Under the pieces are notes generated by a model, which searched no databases, was not told where the DNA came from, and saw only the letters and a list, made by a program, of their open reading frames with translations. This document shows, in pieces, positions 1-8,745 of a DNA stretch of 64,000 nt. Position 1 is the stretch's first letter. Every line of letters starts with the position of its first letter. Origin of the DNA: Thermoanaerobaculia bacterium (GTDB taxonomy: Bacteria; Acidobacteriota; Thermoanaerobaculia; UBA5066); the NCBI GenBank assembly GCA_963821225.1, contig CAWGCY010000006.1, forward strand, positions 275,217-339,216, in the 5' to 3' direction. A program made the translations under genes and the position numbers.

Positions 1-548
1 CCCGCGGGGAGCTTCGACGTCGAGGACAGGATCGAGAAGATCGTTCCGCCCTGTGCGCGGATCGTGTCGGCGACCTCGCGGATGCTTCCCGCGCGGTCGG
101 GGATCACGAGGTTCACGCGCGTGTGCGTCCTCGAGGCGCCTGTGATTTCGACGAGCGCCCGGAACACGTCGCCCTCGGTCAGGATTCCGACGAGATTCCC
201 CTTTCCGTCCAGGACGGGCAGGCCCTCGACTCGTTTTTCGAGCATGACCGCCGCGGCTTTCTCGATCGGGGTCTCGGGGGCGACCGTCCAGGGCTTCTTC
301 GTCATCACGTCTGCGATCTTGAGCTTGTCGAGGACCGCGTGAAGCTCCCAGATGTCGAGAGTCGTGGCGCGGGAAGGTGAGACGTCCTTCAGGTCGCGGT
401 CGGACACGATCCCGACGAGCTTTCCGTTCCCGTTCACGATCGGGATCCGGCGGATGCGCTTCTCCTTCATCAGGTGGATCGCGACCGAGATCGAGTCGGT
501 CGGCTGGAGCGTGACGACCTTCGGGGACATCCACTTCGAGACGCGCAT
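1..548 (-). CDS. CBS-pair + ACT-like domain protein (AcuB-like), 3' end of gene lies beyond window start (partial)
   Basis: Reverse-complement translation from ATG at 548-546 gives MRVSKWMSPKVVTLQPTDSISVAIHLMKEKRIRRIPIVNGNGKLVGIVSDRDL...GLPVLDGKGNLVGILTEGDVFRALVEITGASRTHTRVNLVIPDRAGSIREVADTIRA. This shows two CBS motifs followed by an ACT-like C-terminus. It has the same architecture as the ORFs at 61245-61895 and 61914-62543. It is not in the ORF track because it runs off the window edge. Confidence 0.6.
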   Translation of the reverse strand, partial: MRVSKWMSPKVVTLQPTDSISVAIHLMKEKRIRRIPIVNGNGKLVGIVSDRDLKDVSPSRATTLDIWELHAVLDKLKIADVMTKKPWTVAPETPIEKAAAVMLEKRVEGLPVLDGKGNLVGILTEGDVFRALVEITGASRTHTRVNLVIPDRAGSIREVADTIRAQGGTIFSILSSTSKLPA

Positions 549-613
549 GGCGAACCTCCGTCGGCCTTTCCATTCAACCGGGAAAGCCAGCGCCGAGCGA
601 TGATTCCCCTGAA

Positions 614-3094
614 TCAGGCGTCCGGCCGCGCAGGGCTCATGAGCTCGAGGCCCGGGCGCTGGGGACCGAGCCCCAGCGCCAGCTCGACCTCCTCGGCGGG
701 AACGGGCCGGCCGAAGAGGAAGCCCTGGACGTCCGGGCAGCCGAGAGCGCCGAGCAGGGCGGCCTGCTCCTCCGTCTCGACGCCCTCGGCCGTCACGTCG
801 AGGCCGAGGTTGCTCGCCATCGAGATGATCGTCGCGACGATGGCCTTGTCTTTCTCGTCGTGGGTCATCCCCGCCACGAAGGACTGGTCGATCTTCAGGC
901 GCCGGATGGGGAAGTGCTTGAGGTAGTTCAGCGACGAGTGGCCGGTTCCGAAGTCGTCCATCGAAATCTGGACTCCGAATTCCGTCAGCTCGGTGAGCAT
1001 CCTGCCCGTGTGCGTCACGTCCTTCATCGCGATGCTCTCGGTGATCTCGAGCTCCAGGGAAGCGGGGGAGAGGCTCGTCTGCTCGACGATGAGCCGCACG
1101 GCTTGGGCGAAATCGCGCTGCTGAAACTGGCGCGCCGACACGTTCACCGACACGCGGAGCTGCGGGACGCCGCGGAACTGCCAGGACCGGGCCTGCTCGC
1201 ACGCACGCCTCAGGACCCACTCTCCCACGCGTGCGATGAGGCCGACGTCCTCGGCAAGGGGAATGAACTCGCGCGGCGACAGGATGCCCTTCTCGGGATG
1301 GCGCCAGCGGACGAGCGCCTCGACGCCGATGGGAACGCGCGTGGCGAGGCGCAGGATGGGCTGGTAATGAAGCACGAATTCGCCCCGGGGCAGGGCGCGC
1401 CGGAGCCCGCTCTCCATCGCGGCGCGTTCCTGGGACTGCTCCTGCATCTTGCGCGTGAAGAACTGGAAGCTGTTGCGGCCGGTCTCCTTCGCGCGGTACA
1501 TCGCGGTGTCCACGTTCGCCACGAGCATCTCGGCGTCCTGGCCGTCGCCGGGGAAGAGGCCGATCCCGATGGACGCCTCGACGAACAGCTCGCGCTTCTG
1601 GATCAGGAAGGGCTCGGACAGGACCTCCAGGATCTTGCGGGCCATCGTGGCGGCGTCGGCCTCGCGTTCGATTCCATTCAGCAGAAGGAGGAACTCGTCT
1701 CCGCCAACGCGCGCCACGGTGTCGTCCGCCCGGATGCAGCGCCGGAGCCGGTCGGCGGCCTTGACGAGAAGCTCGTCGCCGGCCGAGTGGCCGAGCGTGT
1801 CGTTCACACGCTTGAAATGGTCGAGGTCGAGAAACATCACCGAGAGGGACTGTCGCCGGCGCTGCGCGTGCAGGATCGCGAGCGAGAGCCTGTCGTTGAA
1901 CAGCACCCTGTTCGGCAGGTCCGTCAGCGCATCGTGATTCGCCTGGTGCCAGCGCTGCTGCTCGGCGCGCTTGCGGTCGGTGATGTCGATGAGGCTGCCT
2001 TCCATCACGGGCTCCCCGCCGCCTTCGGGCTCGAGGAGCGTCTCGTTCGCGAGGACCCACACCGCCGCGCCGTCCCGCCGTTTCAAGCAGAGCTCGAAAT
2101 TGACGAGCACCCGCTGGTGGGAAAGCCGGGCCAGGAAGGACTCCCGATCGGACGGCTCGGCATAGAGCTCGAGCGCGGAGACCTTGAGGACGTCTTCGCG
2201 GGAGGAATAGCCGAGAATTCGGGCGAAGGCCGAATTGCAGTCGAGAATCCTGCCGTCGAGCGTCGTGCGGAAGAGGCCCGCGAGATTTCGTTCGAAGAGC
2301 AGCCGGTAGCGGCGCTCGGAGGAGCTGAGAGCCTCGTCGTGCCGGCGGAGCAGTCGCGCGATCAAAGCCGACGCCCCCACCGCGAGAGCCCCGAGGAGGC
2401 CCGTCATCACGAGAATCGCGGCGATCAGCCGGCTGCGAGCCCAGCGCGTGGCCTGGCCGATGGCCGCGGAAAAGGCGTCCTCGAGGACGGTGGCGCTGTC
2501 GTTGAGCCGGTCGATCTCCTTCGCGAACGCCGAGTGAGCCGGCGGGGGAAGCGGCACCGGGGCATCGTGAACCCGCGTGCCGAGATCGATCATCTCGTCG
2601 ACCAGAAGGTCGGCGCGCTCCCAGACCTCGATCGCGCGCGAGAAGGGCGGGATGTCCTTGTAACGCAGGAAGAGTCGGGACATCTCCTCCACGTTGGAAA
2701 GGCTGTTGCGGCCTTCGAGGAAGCCCTGCTCGGCCGCGTGAACGTCCGGCTCGGGTTGCTGCAGGGCGAGCCGGGCCTTCCGGTCGCCGAGCGGCACCGC
2801 GAGCCGGCCGAGGAAACGCCTGTAATCGGCCTCGTCGCCGCTATCGAGGTACCGTGAGAGCGCGAGAGAGGCGTCCTTCTGGCCCTTCGACCAGTGGGAC
2901 TCGGCGCTCACGAACGCCTGAAGGCCGGCCAGGACGTTCAATCCGGAGGTGCCGAGAGCCACGAGGGCGCCGATCACGATCAGGAACAGAACGACCAGGA
3001 TCGCGATCCACCGGCCGACGTTGAGGGGCTTTTCTGCGGCGAGGCCTACCCCCGCGCGGCCCCGGAAGGCGTTCGGGACAGCCGAGTTTGCCAC
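614..3094 (-). CDS. Membrane-anchored sensor diguanylate cyclase/phosphodiesterase (2 TM periplasmic sensor - PAS - GGDEF - EAL)
   Basis: The 826-aa ORF has two hydrophobic TM segments flanking a ~170-aa periplasmic region. A PAS domain (LFERNLAGLFRTTLDGRILDCNSAFARILGY) follows. The GGDEF motif reads RVGGDEFLLLL. EAL signatures read EALVRW and DDFGTGHSSLNYL. Confidence 0.85.
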   Translation of the reverse strand: MANSAVPNAFRGRAGVGLAAEKPLNVGRWIAILVVLFLIVIGALVALGTSGLNVLAGLQAFVSAESHWSKGQKDASLALSRYLDSGDEADYRRFLGRLAVPLGDRKARLALQQPEPDVHAAEQGFLEGRNSLSNVEEMSRLFLRYKDIPPFSRAIEVWERADLLVDEMIDLGTRVHDAPVPLPPPAHSAFAKEIDRLNDSATVLEDAFSAAIGQATRWARSRLIAAILVMTGLLGALAVGASALIARLLRRHDEALSSSERRYRLLFERNLAGLFRTTLDGRILDCNSAFARILGYSSREDVLKVSALELYAEPSDRESFLARLSHQRVLVNFELCLKRRDGAAVWVLANETLLEPEGGGEPVMEGSLIDITDRKRAEQQRWHQANHDALTDLPNRVLFNDRLSLAILHAQRRRQSLSVMFLDLDHFKRVNDTLGHSAGDELLVKAADRLRRCIRADDTVARVGGDEFLLLLNGIEREADAATMARKILEVLSEPFLIQKRELFVEASIGIGLFPGDGQDAEMLVANVDTAMYRAKETGRNSFQFFTRKMQEQSQERAAMESGLRRALPRGEFVLHYQPILRLATRVPIGVEALVRWRHPEKGILSPREFIPLAEDVGLIARVGEWVLRRACEQARSWQFRGVPQLRVSVNVSARQFQQRDFAQAVRLIVEQTSLSPASLELEITESIAMKDVTHTGRMLTELTEFGVQISMDDFGTGHSSLNYLKHFPIRRLKIDQSFVAGMTHDEKDKAIVATIISMASNLGLDVTAEGVETEEQAALLGALGCPDVQGFLFGRPVPAEEVELALGLGPQRPGLELMSPARPDA

Positions 3095-3100
3095 GGGGGA

Positions 3101-3850
3101 TTATAGGGGCCGGGGGGGTGCGGCGGGCGCTTCGGCGACGTTGAGGCCCATGGTGCCGAGCAGGCGGCTCTCGTAGCGCGCGCCGTCGAGACCCGCCTCA
3201 CGCATGAGCGCCTGAACGCCTCGCTGGGCCGGGAATCGCTCGAGCGACTCCGGAATGTAGAGGTAGGTCTCGGGATCCCCGTGGAAGAGCCAGCCGACGA
3301 GCGGCATCACCGTCCGGAGATAGGCTTGATAGACGACGCCCGCCGCGCGGCCGTCGGGCTTTCCGAAGTCGAGGACGACGACGCGGCCATGGGGCGCGAG
3401 AACGCGGCGCATCTCCCGCAGGGCCGCGAGCGGGTCGGCGATGTTCCTCAGGCCGTAGCCCACGGTCACGACGTCGAAACGCCCGTCGGGAAACGGGAGG
3501 CGAAGCGCGTCCCCCTGTACGAACGCGCTCCGGCTCGCCGCGACGGACCGCCGCCTGGAGGCGACGCCGAGCATGGGCAGAGTGAAATCGAGTCCCGTGA
3601 TCTTCGAGCCGGGCCGGGCGTTCGCCTCGGCGAGGAACGAGAGATCGCCCGTGCCGCAGCACAGGTCGAGGATGCGGACCGGACCGGTGCGTCCTTCGAG
3701 GGCGAGCCGGATGGTGTCCTTCTTCCAGCGCCTGTGGAGACCTAGGCTCATCACGTCGTTCACGACGTCGTAGCGGGCGGCGAGGCGCGAGAACATCGCG
3801 CGAACCTTCGGGGCCCGTTGGTCGTCGTAGGAGAGATACTTGTTCCCCAC
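3101..3850 (-). CDS. ubiE: Demethylmenaquinone/ubiquinone C-methyltransferase UbiE/MenG (class I SAM MTase)
   Basis: KVRAMFSRLAARYDVVNDVMSLGLHRRWKK plus the SAM motif VLDLCCGTGDLSF match UbiE. The ORF track extends to 4252, but that N-terminal 150 aa is R/P-rich and overlaps the divergent hydrolase gene. The start is more likely GTG 3850 or ATG 3796. Confidence 0.75.
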   Translation of the reverse strand: MGNKYLSYDDQRAPKVRAMFSRLAARYDVVNDVMSLGLHRRWKKDTIRLALEGRTGPVRILDLCCGTGDLSFLAEANARPGSKITGLDFTLPMLGVASRRRSVAASRSAFVQGDALRLPFPDGRFDVVTVGYGLRNIADPLAALREMRRVLAPHGRVVVLDFGKPDGRAAGVVYQAYLRTVMPLVGWLFHGDPETYLYIPESLERFPAQRGVQALMREAGLDGARYESRLLGTMGLNVAEAPAAPPRPL

Positions 3851-3863
3851 GGAGCGATTGTAG

Positions 3864-4514
3864 GTGGAGCGGTTTCTCTTCGACGGCCCGGCGAACGCGC
3901 GGCGCACGCTCGTTCTCGCGCACGGCGCGGGGGCTCCGATGGACTCTCCCTTCCTGGAGGCCATCGCGAAGGGGATCGCCTCTGCCGGTTTTCGCGTCGC
4001 GCGCTTCGAGTTTCCGTACATGCGCGCGCGCCGCGAGGGAGGGAAGAAGGGACCACCGGACCGCGGGCCCATTCTGTCCGGGAGCTGGCGCGAGGCGATT
4101 CGCGGCCTCTCTGGGAAGGATGGTCCAGGTGCCCTCGTCATCGGGGGAAAGTCGATGGGCGGCCGCATCGCCAGTATGGTGGCGGACGAGGCCGGCGTCG
4201 GCGGCCTCGTCTGTCTGGGATACCCCTTCCACCCGCCCGGCCAGCCGGACAAGCTCCGCGTCGCGCACCTCGAAAACCTAAGGACTCCCGCGCTGATCGT
4301 CCAAGGCGAGCGCGACGCTTTCGGAACGCGCGAGGAGGTCGCCCGCTATCGCCTTTCGAAGAACATCCGGATTCTCTTCCTCGAGGACGGCGACCACTCG
4401 TTCAAGCCGCGCTCGTCTTCGGGTCGCACTGAGGCGCAGAACCTCGCGGAGGCCGTGGCGCTCGTCACGGCGTTTCTCGAGGAATCGTTGCTCGGGTCTC
4501 CCCGATCCGCATAA
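3864..4514 (+). CDS. Alpha/beta-fold hydrolase, COG3571/KANL3-TEX30-like
   Basis: 216 aa. LVLAHGAGAPMDSPFLEAIAKGIASAGFRVARFEFPYM...GGKSMGGRIAS is the typical predicted alpha/beta-hydrolase family. Divergent from ubiE. Confidence 0.7.
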   Translation: MERFLFDGPANARRTLVLAHGAGAPMDSPFLEAIAKGIASAGFRVARFEFPYMRARREGGKKGPPDRGPILSGSWREAIRGLSGKDGPGALVIGGKSMGGRIASMVADEAGVGGLVCLGYPFHPPGQPDKLRVAHLENLRTPALIVQGERDAFGTREEVARYRLSKNIRILFLEDGDHSFKPRSSSGRTEAQNLAEAVALVTAFLEESLLGSPRSA

Positions 4515-5424
4515 CCCACGCCCGCCGGTCGGGAATTCCCGCCCGGCTGGCAGCGGCGCGAAACCGGCCGGGAGGCTCGAACGGGGGCTCGTCCGTCAGG
4601 ACGATCGTGCCCCAATGCATCGCGACGAGCGTCTTCGCGCCCACGTCGCGGCCGACATAGACGGCCTCCTCGGGGGTGCAGTGCACGGGCCGCATGATCG
4701 AGGCGGGCTCGTACGCGCCGATCGGCACGAGGGCGAGGTCGAACGGGCCGATGCGCCGTCCGATCTCGGTGAAGACAGGGCCGTAGCCGGTGTCGCCTGC
4801 GAAAAAGATCTTGCGCGCGCGCGAGGCGATCGCCCAGGAGGCCCAGAGCGTCGCGTTCCGGTCGAACGGCGTCCGGCCGGAGAAGTGGTTCGAGGGCAGC
4901 GCGGCGAGGATGAAGTCGTCGCCGAGGCGCGTCTCCTCCCACCAGTGGAGCTCGCGCACGTCGCGATAACCGCGCCGCCGGAAAAAGGCGCCCAGGCCCG
5001 CCGGCACCGCCGCGACGAGGCGATCCTTGCCGGGCAGCGCCTCGACGGTGGGAGCGTCGAGGTGGTCGTAGTGGTTGTGCGAGAGGACAACGACGTCGAT
5101 CGGCGGGAGGTCCCCGAGCCGCAGACCGGGCGGCAGGAAGCGCATCGGGCCGAAGCCCGCAAAGGGGCTCGCCCGGTCGGAGAGAAAGGGATCCGTGAGA
5201 ACGGTCAGGCCGCCCGTTCGCAGAAGGAACGACGCGTGGCCGATCCACGTGAGCGACTCTGGACCCGCGCCTCGAAGCTGCTCCCTCGCCTCGGAAAGAG
5301 GCACGACGTGGCCGGCCGCAACCGTCGGCTGGTGTCTGTTGCGAAGGCGTCGCAGGAAGAACGGCGCGAATTCGGCGAGCCCCGCAGTCCGGGGAAGGCT
5401 TCCCTCTGGGTTTCGGAACCGCAC
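4465..5424 (-). CDS. MBL-fold metallo-hydrolase (NAPE-PLD-like Zn-dependent hydrolase); start uncertain (ORF open to 5610)
   Basis: LTWIGHASFLLRTGGLTVLTDPF...VVLSHNHYDHLDAPTV...HWGTIVLTDEP is a beta-lactamase-fold signature. Upstream residues of the 381-aa ORF overlap the DUF2891 N-terminus on the other strand. An internal GTG start at 5424 is proposed. Confidence 0.65.
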   Translation of the reverse strand: MRFRNPEGSLPRTAGLAEFAPFFLRRLRNRHQPTVAAGHVVPLSEAREQLRGAGPESLTWIGHASFLLRTGGLTVLTDPFLSDRASPFAGFGPMRFLPPGLRLGDLPPIDVVVLSHNHYDHLDAPTVEALPGKDRLVAAVPAGLGAFFRRRGYRDVRELHWWEETRLGDDFILAALPSNHFSGRTPFDRNATLWASWAIASRARKIFFAGDTGYGPVFTEIGRRIGPFDLALVPIGAYEPASIMRPVHCTPEEAVYVGRDVGAKTLVAMHWGTIVLTDEPPFEPPGRFRAAASRAGIPDRRAWVMRIGETRATIPRETP

Positions 5425-5467
5425 GCGGACGGAGGATAGCGGAGGCGCGCGGTAGCATGAGCTCGTC

Positions 5468-6545
5468 GTGCTCGCTCTTGCCCTCGTCCTCCTCGCAGCG
5501 CCACGGTCTTCGGCTCTCGCACCGGCCTTCGACGGCGTGGCCGCGGAGCGGTTCGCGAATCTCGCGCTCGCGTGCGTGGCTCGCGAATATCCGAACAAGA
5601 TCGCGCACACGCTGGAAAGCGATGAGGACGCGAAGCCCCCGCGCCTCCTGACCCGCTGTCTTCTACGGCTGCTACGACTGGCACTCCGCCGTCCACGCTC
5701 ACTGGCTGCTGGTCCGGCTCGCCCGCACGTTTCCCGAAGCTCCCTTCGCGAGGAAGGCCAGGGAGGCCCTGGGGAAGAGCTTCACACCTGCAAACGTCGC
5801 GGGGGAAGTGCGGTACCTGGCCGGCCCGGGACGCGCGACGTTCGAGCGGCCCTACGGCCTCGCGTGGCTGCTTCAGCTCGCCGCTGAGCTCCGGGACTGG
5901 GACGAACCCGAGCCCCGGCGGTGGGCGGCGGCGCTGAGACCGCTCGAGGAAGCCGCCGAGGCCCGGCTCCGCGAATGGATCCCAAAACTCTCGTACCCGA
6001 TCCGCGAGGGCGAGCATGCGCAGTCGGCGTTCGCCTTCGGGCTCATCCTCGACTGGGGCAAGGTCACCGGGAACAAGGTCATGGTCGCCCTTCTCGAGAA
6101 GCGCGTCCGGGAGCTCTATCTGAACGATCGCGCTTGTCCGCTTTCGTACGAGCCCTCGGGGCAGGATTTCGTGTCGCCGTGTCTCGCAGAGGCCGACCTC
6201 ATGCGCCGTGTCCTCCCGCCCGAGCGCTTCGCCGGATGGCTCGAGGCGTTTCTCCCGTCGATTCCGAAGGAGAGATCCGTCGCGTGGCTGCCCCTGGGGG
6301 TCACGACCGATCCCTCCGACGGGAAGCTCGCGCACCTGGACGGTCTGAATCTCAGCCGCGCCTGGATGCTGGAAGGGATCGTCTCGGGGCTTCCGCCGAC
6401 GGACTTGCGGCTGCCCGCGCTGCTCGCCGCGGCCGCCGCGCACCGGGAATGCGGGCTCGCAGCCGCCACGGGCGCGCACTACGAAGGCGGCCACTGGCTC
6501 GGCACGTTCGCCGTCTACCTCACGACCGGGCGCGGCCTCCGATGA
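5468..6545 (+). pseudogene. DUF2891-family protein gene interrupted by a +1 frameshift near 5649-5655
   Basis: Frame 2 (5468..5648) encodes a signal-peptide-like N-terminus followed by ERFANLALACVAREYPNKIAHTLESDEDAKPPRLLT. It hits TGA at 5649-5651 in the downstream frame. Frame 0 continues immediately with PAVFYGCYDWHSAVHAHWLLVRLARTFPEA...through to 6545. Skipping one nucleotide in the cccgc run restores a continuous protein. Confidence 0.5.
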
Positions 6546-6548
6546 TGG

Positions 6549-6872
6549 TCAATCCTCCAGGTCCTGCCGGAACGCCGGCTGTGCGGGATCCACGCGGCCG
6601 TCGGTGACCGAGGCGAGAAGACGCTCGTAAGCGCGTGTCGCCTCCGGAAGCGACGGGTAGCCGCGTTCCCGTTGCAGCGTCCCGCCACCCGAGTAGACGA
6701 GCGTGAAATAGCGGCCAGACGCGTACTCGAGCTCGATCAGGTCGGCCGGCCCGTCCGGATCGCCCTCTTGACCGAGTACGTCCATCAGGGCGACGGTCCA
6801 CCGTCGTCCCTTCGGATCTGTGACGATCTGGCGCTCGAGGTACTGCCAATCGTCCAGGTGCCAGGGCGGCAT
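6549..6872 (-). CDS. Hypothetical protein, 107 aa
   Basis: The composition is balanced and protein-like (MPPWHLDDWQYLERQIVTDPKGRRWTVALMDVLGQEGDPDGPADLIELEYASGRYFTLVYSGG...). The ATG lies 6 nt downstream of the response-regulator stop (TGA TCG ATG), so it is translationally coupled. It is the last gene of OFOR operon 1. Confidence 0.5.
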   Translation of the reverse strand: MPPWHLDDWQYLERQIVTDPKGRRWTVALMDVLGQEGDPDGPADLIELEYASGRYFTLVYSGGGTLQRERGYPSLPEATRAYERLLASVTDGRVDPAQPAFRQDLED

Positions 6873-6878
6873 CGATGA

Positions 6879-7286
6879 TCAGGGCCGGGTGACGGCGTGA
6901 TCCGGCGACAGGGAGGCCGAGAGCAGCTGGTCGAGCGCGCGTGCGACCTGCGCACCGGTGAACGGTTTCGGGATCAGGAGGACATGGTCGGCCTGCCGCG
7001 ATCGAAGGCTGGCGTCCGCGGCCTCCGGCGTATCGCTGATGATGACGACCGGAAGGTCGGCGCAAGCCGGCTCGCATCGCACCATGTCGAAGAGCGATTC
7101 GCTCATGTCGAAGGCGGAACAATCGAGGACGAGCGCGTCGGCGCGCTCCTCGACGACCCGCTCGCCGACCGCGACCGTGTAGCCGGTGGCGACGACCTCA
7201 TACCCGTGGTCGCGCAGCGCGAAGCTCAGAAGTTCGGCGATCTCGGGCGTGTCGTCGATGAGCAGAATGCGCCGCGGCGTTTTCAC
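6879..7286 (-). CDS. Stand-alone response-regulator receiver domain protein (CheY-like)
   Basis: VKTPRRILLIDDTPEIAELLSFALRDHGYEVV...ALVLDCSAFDMSESL...VVIISDT...LLIPKPF carries the canonical DD, D, T/S and K-P receiver residues. The GTG start overlaps the upstream stop (GTGA). The ORF-track N-terminal extension is an artefact. There is no output domain. Confidence 0.75.
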   Translation of the reverse strand: MKTPRRILLIDDTPEIAELLSFALRDHGYEVVATGYTVAVGERVVEERADALVLDCSAFDMSESLFDMVRCEPACADLPVVIISDTPEAADASLRSRQADHVLLIPKPFTGAQVARALDQLLSASLSPDHAVTRP

Positions 7287-7663
7287 TTCTTGCCGGAGCC
7301 GCTGCCCGGCAGGCGGTTCTTCTCTCCCGCGGACGGCTCCAGGTCGAACACCCACGACCGTCCGCCGGCCGTGTAGTAGGCGCGTCGATCGCTCTCGACC
7401 ATCGCGCCGAATGCCTCCAGCGTGCGCATGGCGAACGTGTAGCCCGCGAACTTGCCGCGCACGTGGTTCAGCACCTCGGTCGTGTGCCAATTCTCGGTGA
7501 GGAGGGCGTCGCCGGCATGGACGCTGAGGACGGTGTAGAAGCGATCGTGAGCGGCCTCGGCCCGCACCTCGCGCGTCGCGCCGCGCTTCTTTCCTTCGGT
7601 GACGATGTAGCTTTCCTGAACCACGGCGGCAGGCGGATGGGTCGTGTCACTCATGAGCTTCAC
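7283..7663 (-). CDS. Hypothetical protein, 126 aa
   Basis: MKLMSDTTHPPAAVVQESYIVTEGKKRGATREVRAEAAHDRFYTVLSVHAGDALLTENWHTTEVLNHVRGKF... It lies between the OFOR beta gene and the response regulator. Its stop overlaps the regulator's start. Confidence 0.5.
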   Translation of the reverse strand: MKLMSDTTHPPAAVVQESYIVTEGKKRGATREVRAEAAHDRFYTVLSVHAGDALLTENWHTTEVLNHVRGKFAGYTFAMRTLEAFGAMVESDRRAYYTAGGRSWVFDLEPSAGEKNRLPGSGSGKK

Positions 7664-7666
7664 GTC

Positions 7667-8731
7667 CTAGACGGTCTGCGCAACTTCGCTGGCCGCTTCC
7701 GCAGCCGCCATGTCGGTCAGGTTCTTCGCTTCGGCCGTTCTCAGCAGGACCTCCGGCAGCTCGACACCCATCATTTTCCACTGGGCGTTGGCAAACTTCT
7801 GCAGCGTCGCGATGTGCTCGGCGTGGAGGTGGCCGAAGCGCCCCTGCAGCTTCAGGTACTCGGATACCGGCCGCATGGTCTGCGGGCGGAAGGTGTAATC
7901 GAACTCGCGTTGCTGGGGATCCCATTCCCAGATGGGATACAGCCCGCATTCGACCACGAGGCGGCCGAGATCGATCGAGCGCGGCGTCTCGTACACGAAA
8001 CCCTTCTGGCACGGCGTGTAGATCATCATGAACGCCGCGCCTCTGTGGTTGAGCGCCTTGCGCACCTTGTTCATCAGGTCGATGGGGTAGCCCACGCTCG
8101 CGGTTGCCACGTAGCAGTGCGGGTGGCCGGCCGCCATCATCCGGGCAAGGTCCTTGGGGAACAGGGTCTTGGCCTCCGGGACCATTTTTCCCGGAGGCGA
8201 GAAGGTGGTCATGCCGCCGTAAGGCGTCCGGGAAGAAGCCTGGATGCCCGTGTTCGCGTACTGCTCGTTGTCGTAGCAGATGATCAGGCAGTCGTGATTC
8301 CGGTAGAGGGCGCCCGAGATCGACGCGAGCCCGATGTCGGACGCGCTGCCGTCGCCCGCTTCGCAGATGATGTTCGGAAACGGGCCCTTCCACTTGCCCT
8401 TGCGGATCATCGCCTCGTACGCGGCGGCAACGCCCGCGGTGAAGCTGCCCGAGCTGCCGATCTGCGTGTGCGCCCAGGGCACGTTGTAGGGCGTGCAGAG
8501 ATAGGAGCTGTTGGCGACGTACATGCAGCCGGTCGGTCCGACCAGGATCGTGTTGTCGCCCGCGGCCTTGCTCGTCATCCGGTACTGGATGGATGGCCCG
8601 CAGCCGGCGCACGTCCGGTGACCGGGGACGAAGGGCTCCGTCGCCGGCAGGTCGGGATTGTAGAAACGCGCCCCCTGGTTCGGGCTCCCGAACATCGGCA
8701 GGAACTGCCGCTCCACTTTGACCGCTGACAT
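7667..8731 (-). CDS. 2-oxoacid:ferredoxin oxidoreductase beta subunit (TPP-binding), cluster 1
   Basis: MSAVKVERQFLPMFGSPNQG...[11 protein letters not shown]...GDGSASDIGL...YDNEQYANTGIQ matches PorB/KorB/VorB. The true ATG is at 8731, with a GGAGGA RBS. The ORF-track upstream extension is spurious. Confidence 0.85.
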   Translation of the reverse strand: MSAVKVERQFLPMFGSPNQGARFYNPDLPATEPFVPGHRTCAGCGPSIQYRMTSKAAGDNTILVGPTGCMYVANSSYLCTPYNVPWAHTQIGSSGSFTAGVAAAYEAMIRKGKWKGPFPNIICEAGDGSASDIGLASISGALYRNHDCLIICYDNEQYANTGIQASSRTPYGGMTTFSPPGKMVPEAKTLFPKDLARMMAAGHPHCYVATASVGYPIDLMNKVRKALNHRGAAFMMIYTPCQKGFVYETPRSIDLGRLVVECGLYPIWEWDPQQREFDYTFRPQTMRPVSEYLKLQGRFGHLHAEHIATLQKFANAQWKMMGVELPEVLLRTAEAKNLTDMAAAEAASEVAQTV

Positions 8732-8745
8732 CCTGTCCTCCGATC

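Noticed and set aside
860-2857. 665-aa plus-strand ORF antisense to the GGDEF-EAL gene. There are many similar long ORFs elsewhere (3198-4268, 4346-5608, 5205-6494, 7463-8728, 7647-8612, 8767-10200, 10071-12092, 14532-15836, 16032-17237, 17427-19076, 19088-20665, 22044-22967, 33745-35481, 38660 start, 39140-40774, 44233-46671, 48752-50317, 55760-56956, 59326-60108, 60139-61215).
   Set aside because: These are shadow ORFs typical of 67% GC DNA. Their translations are R/A/G/P/H-rich low complexity with no motifs. Each overlaps a well-supported gene with clear domain signatures on the other strand or frame.
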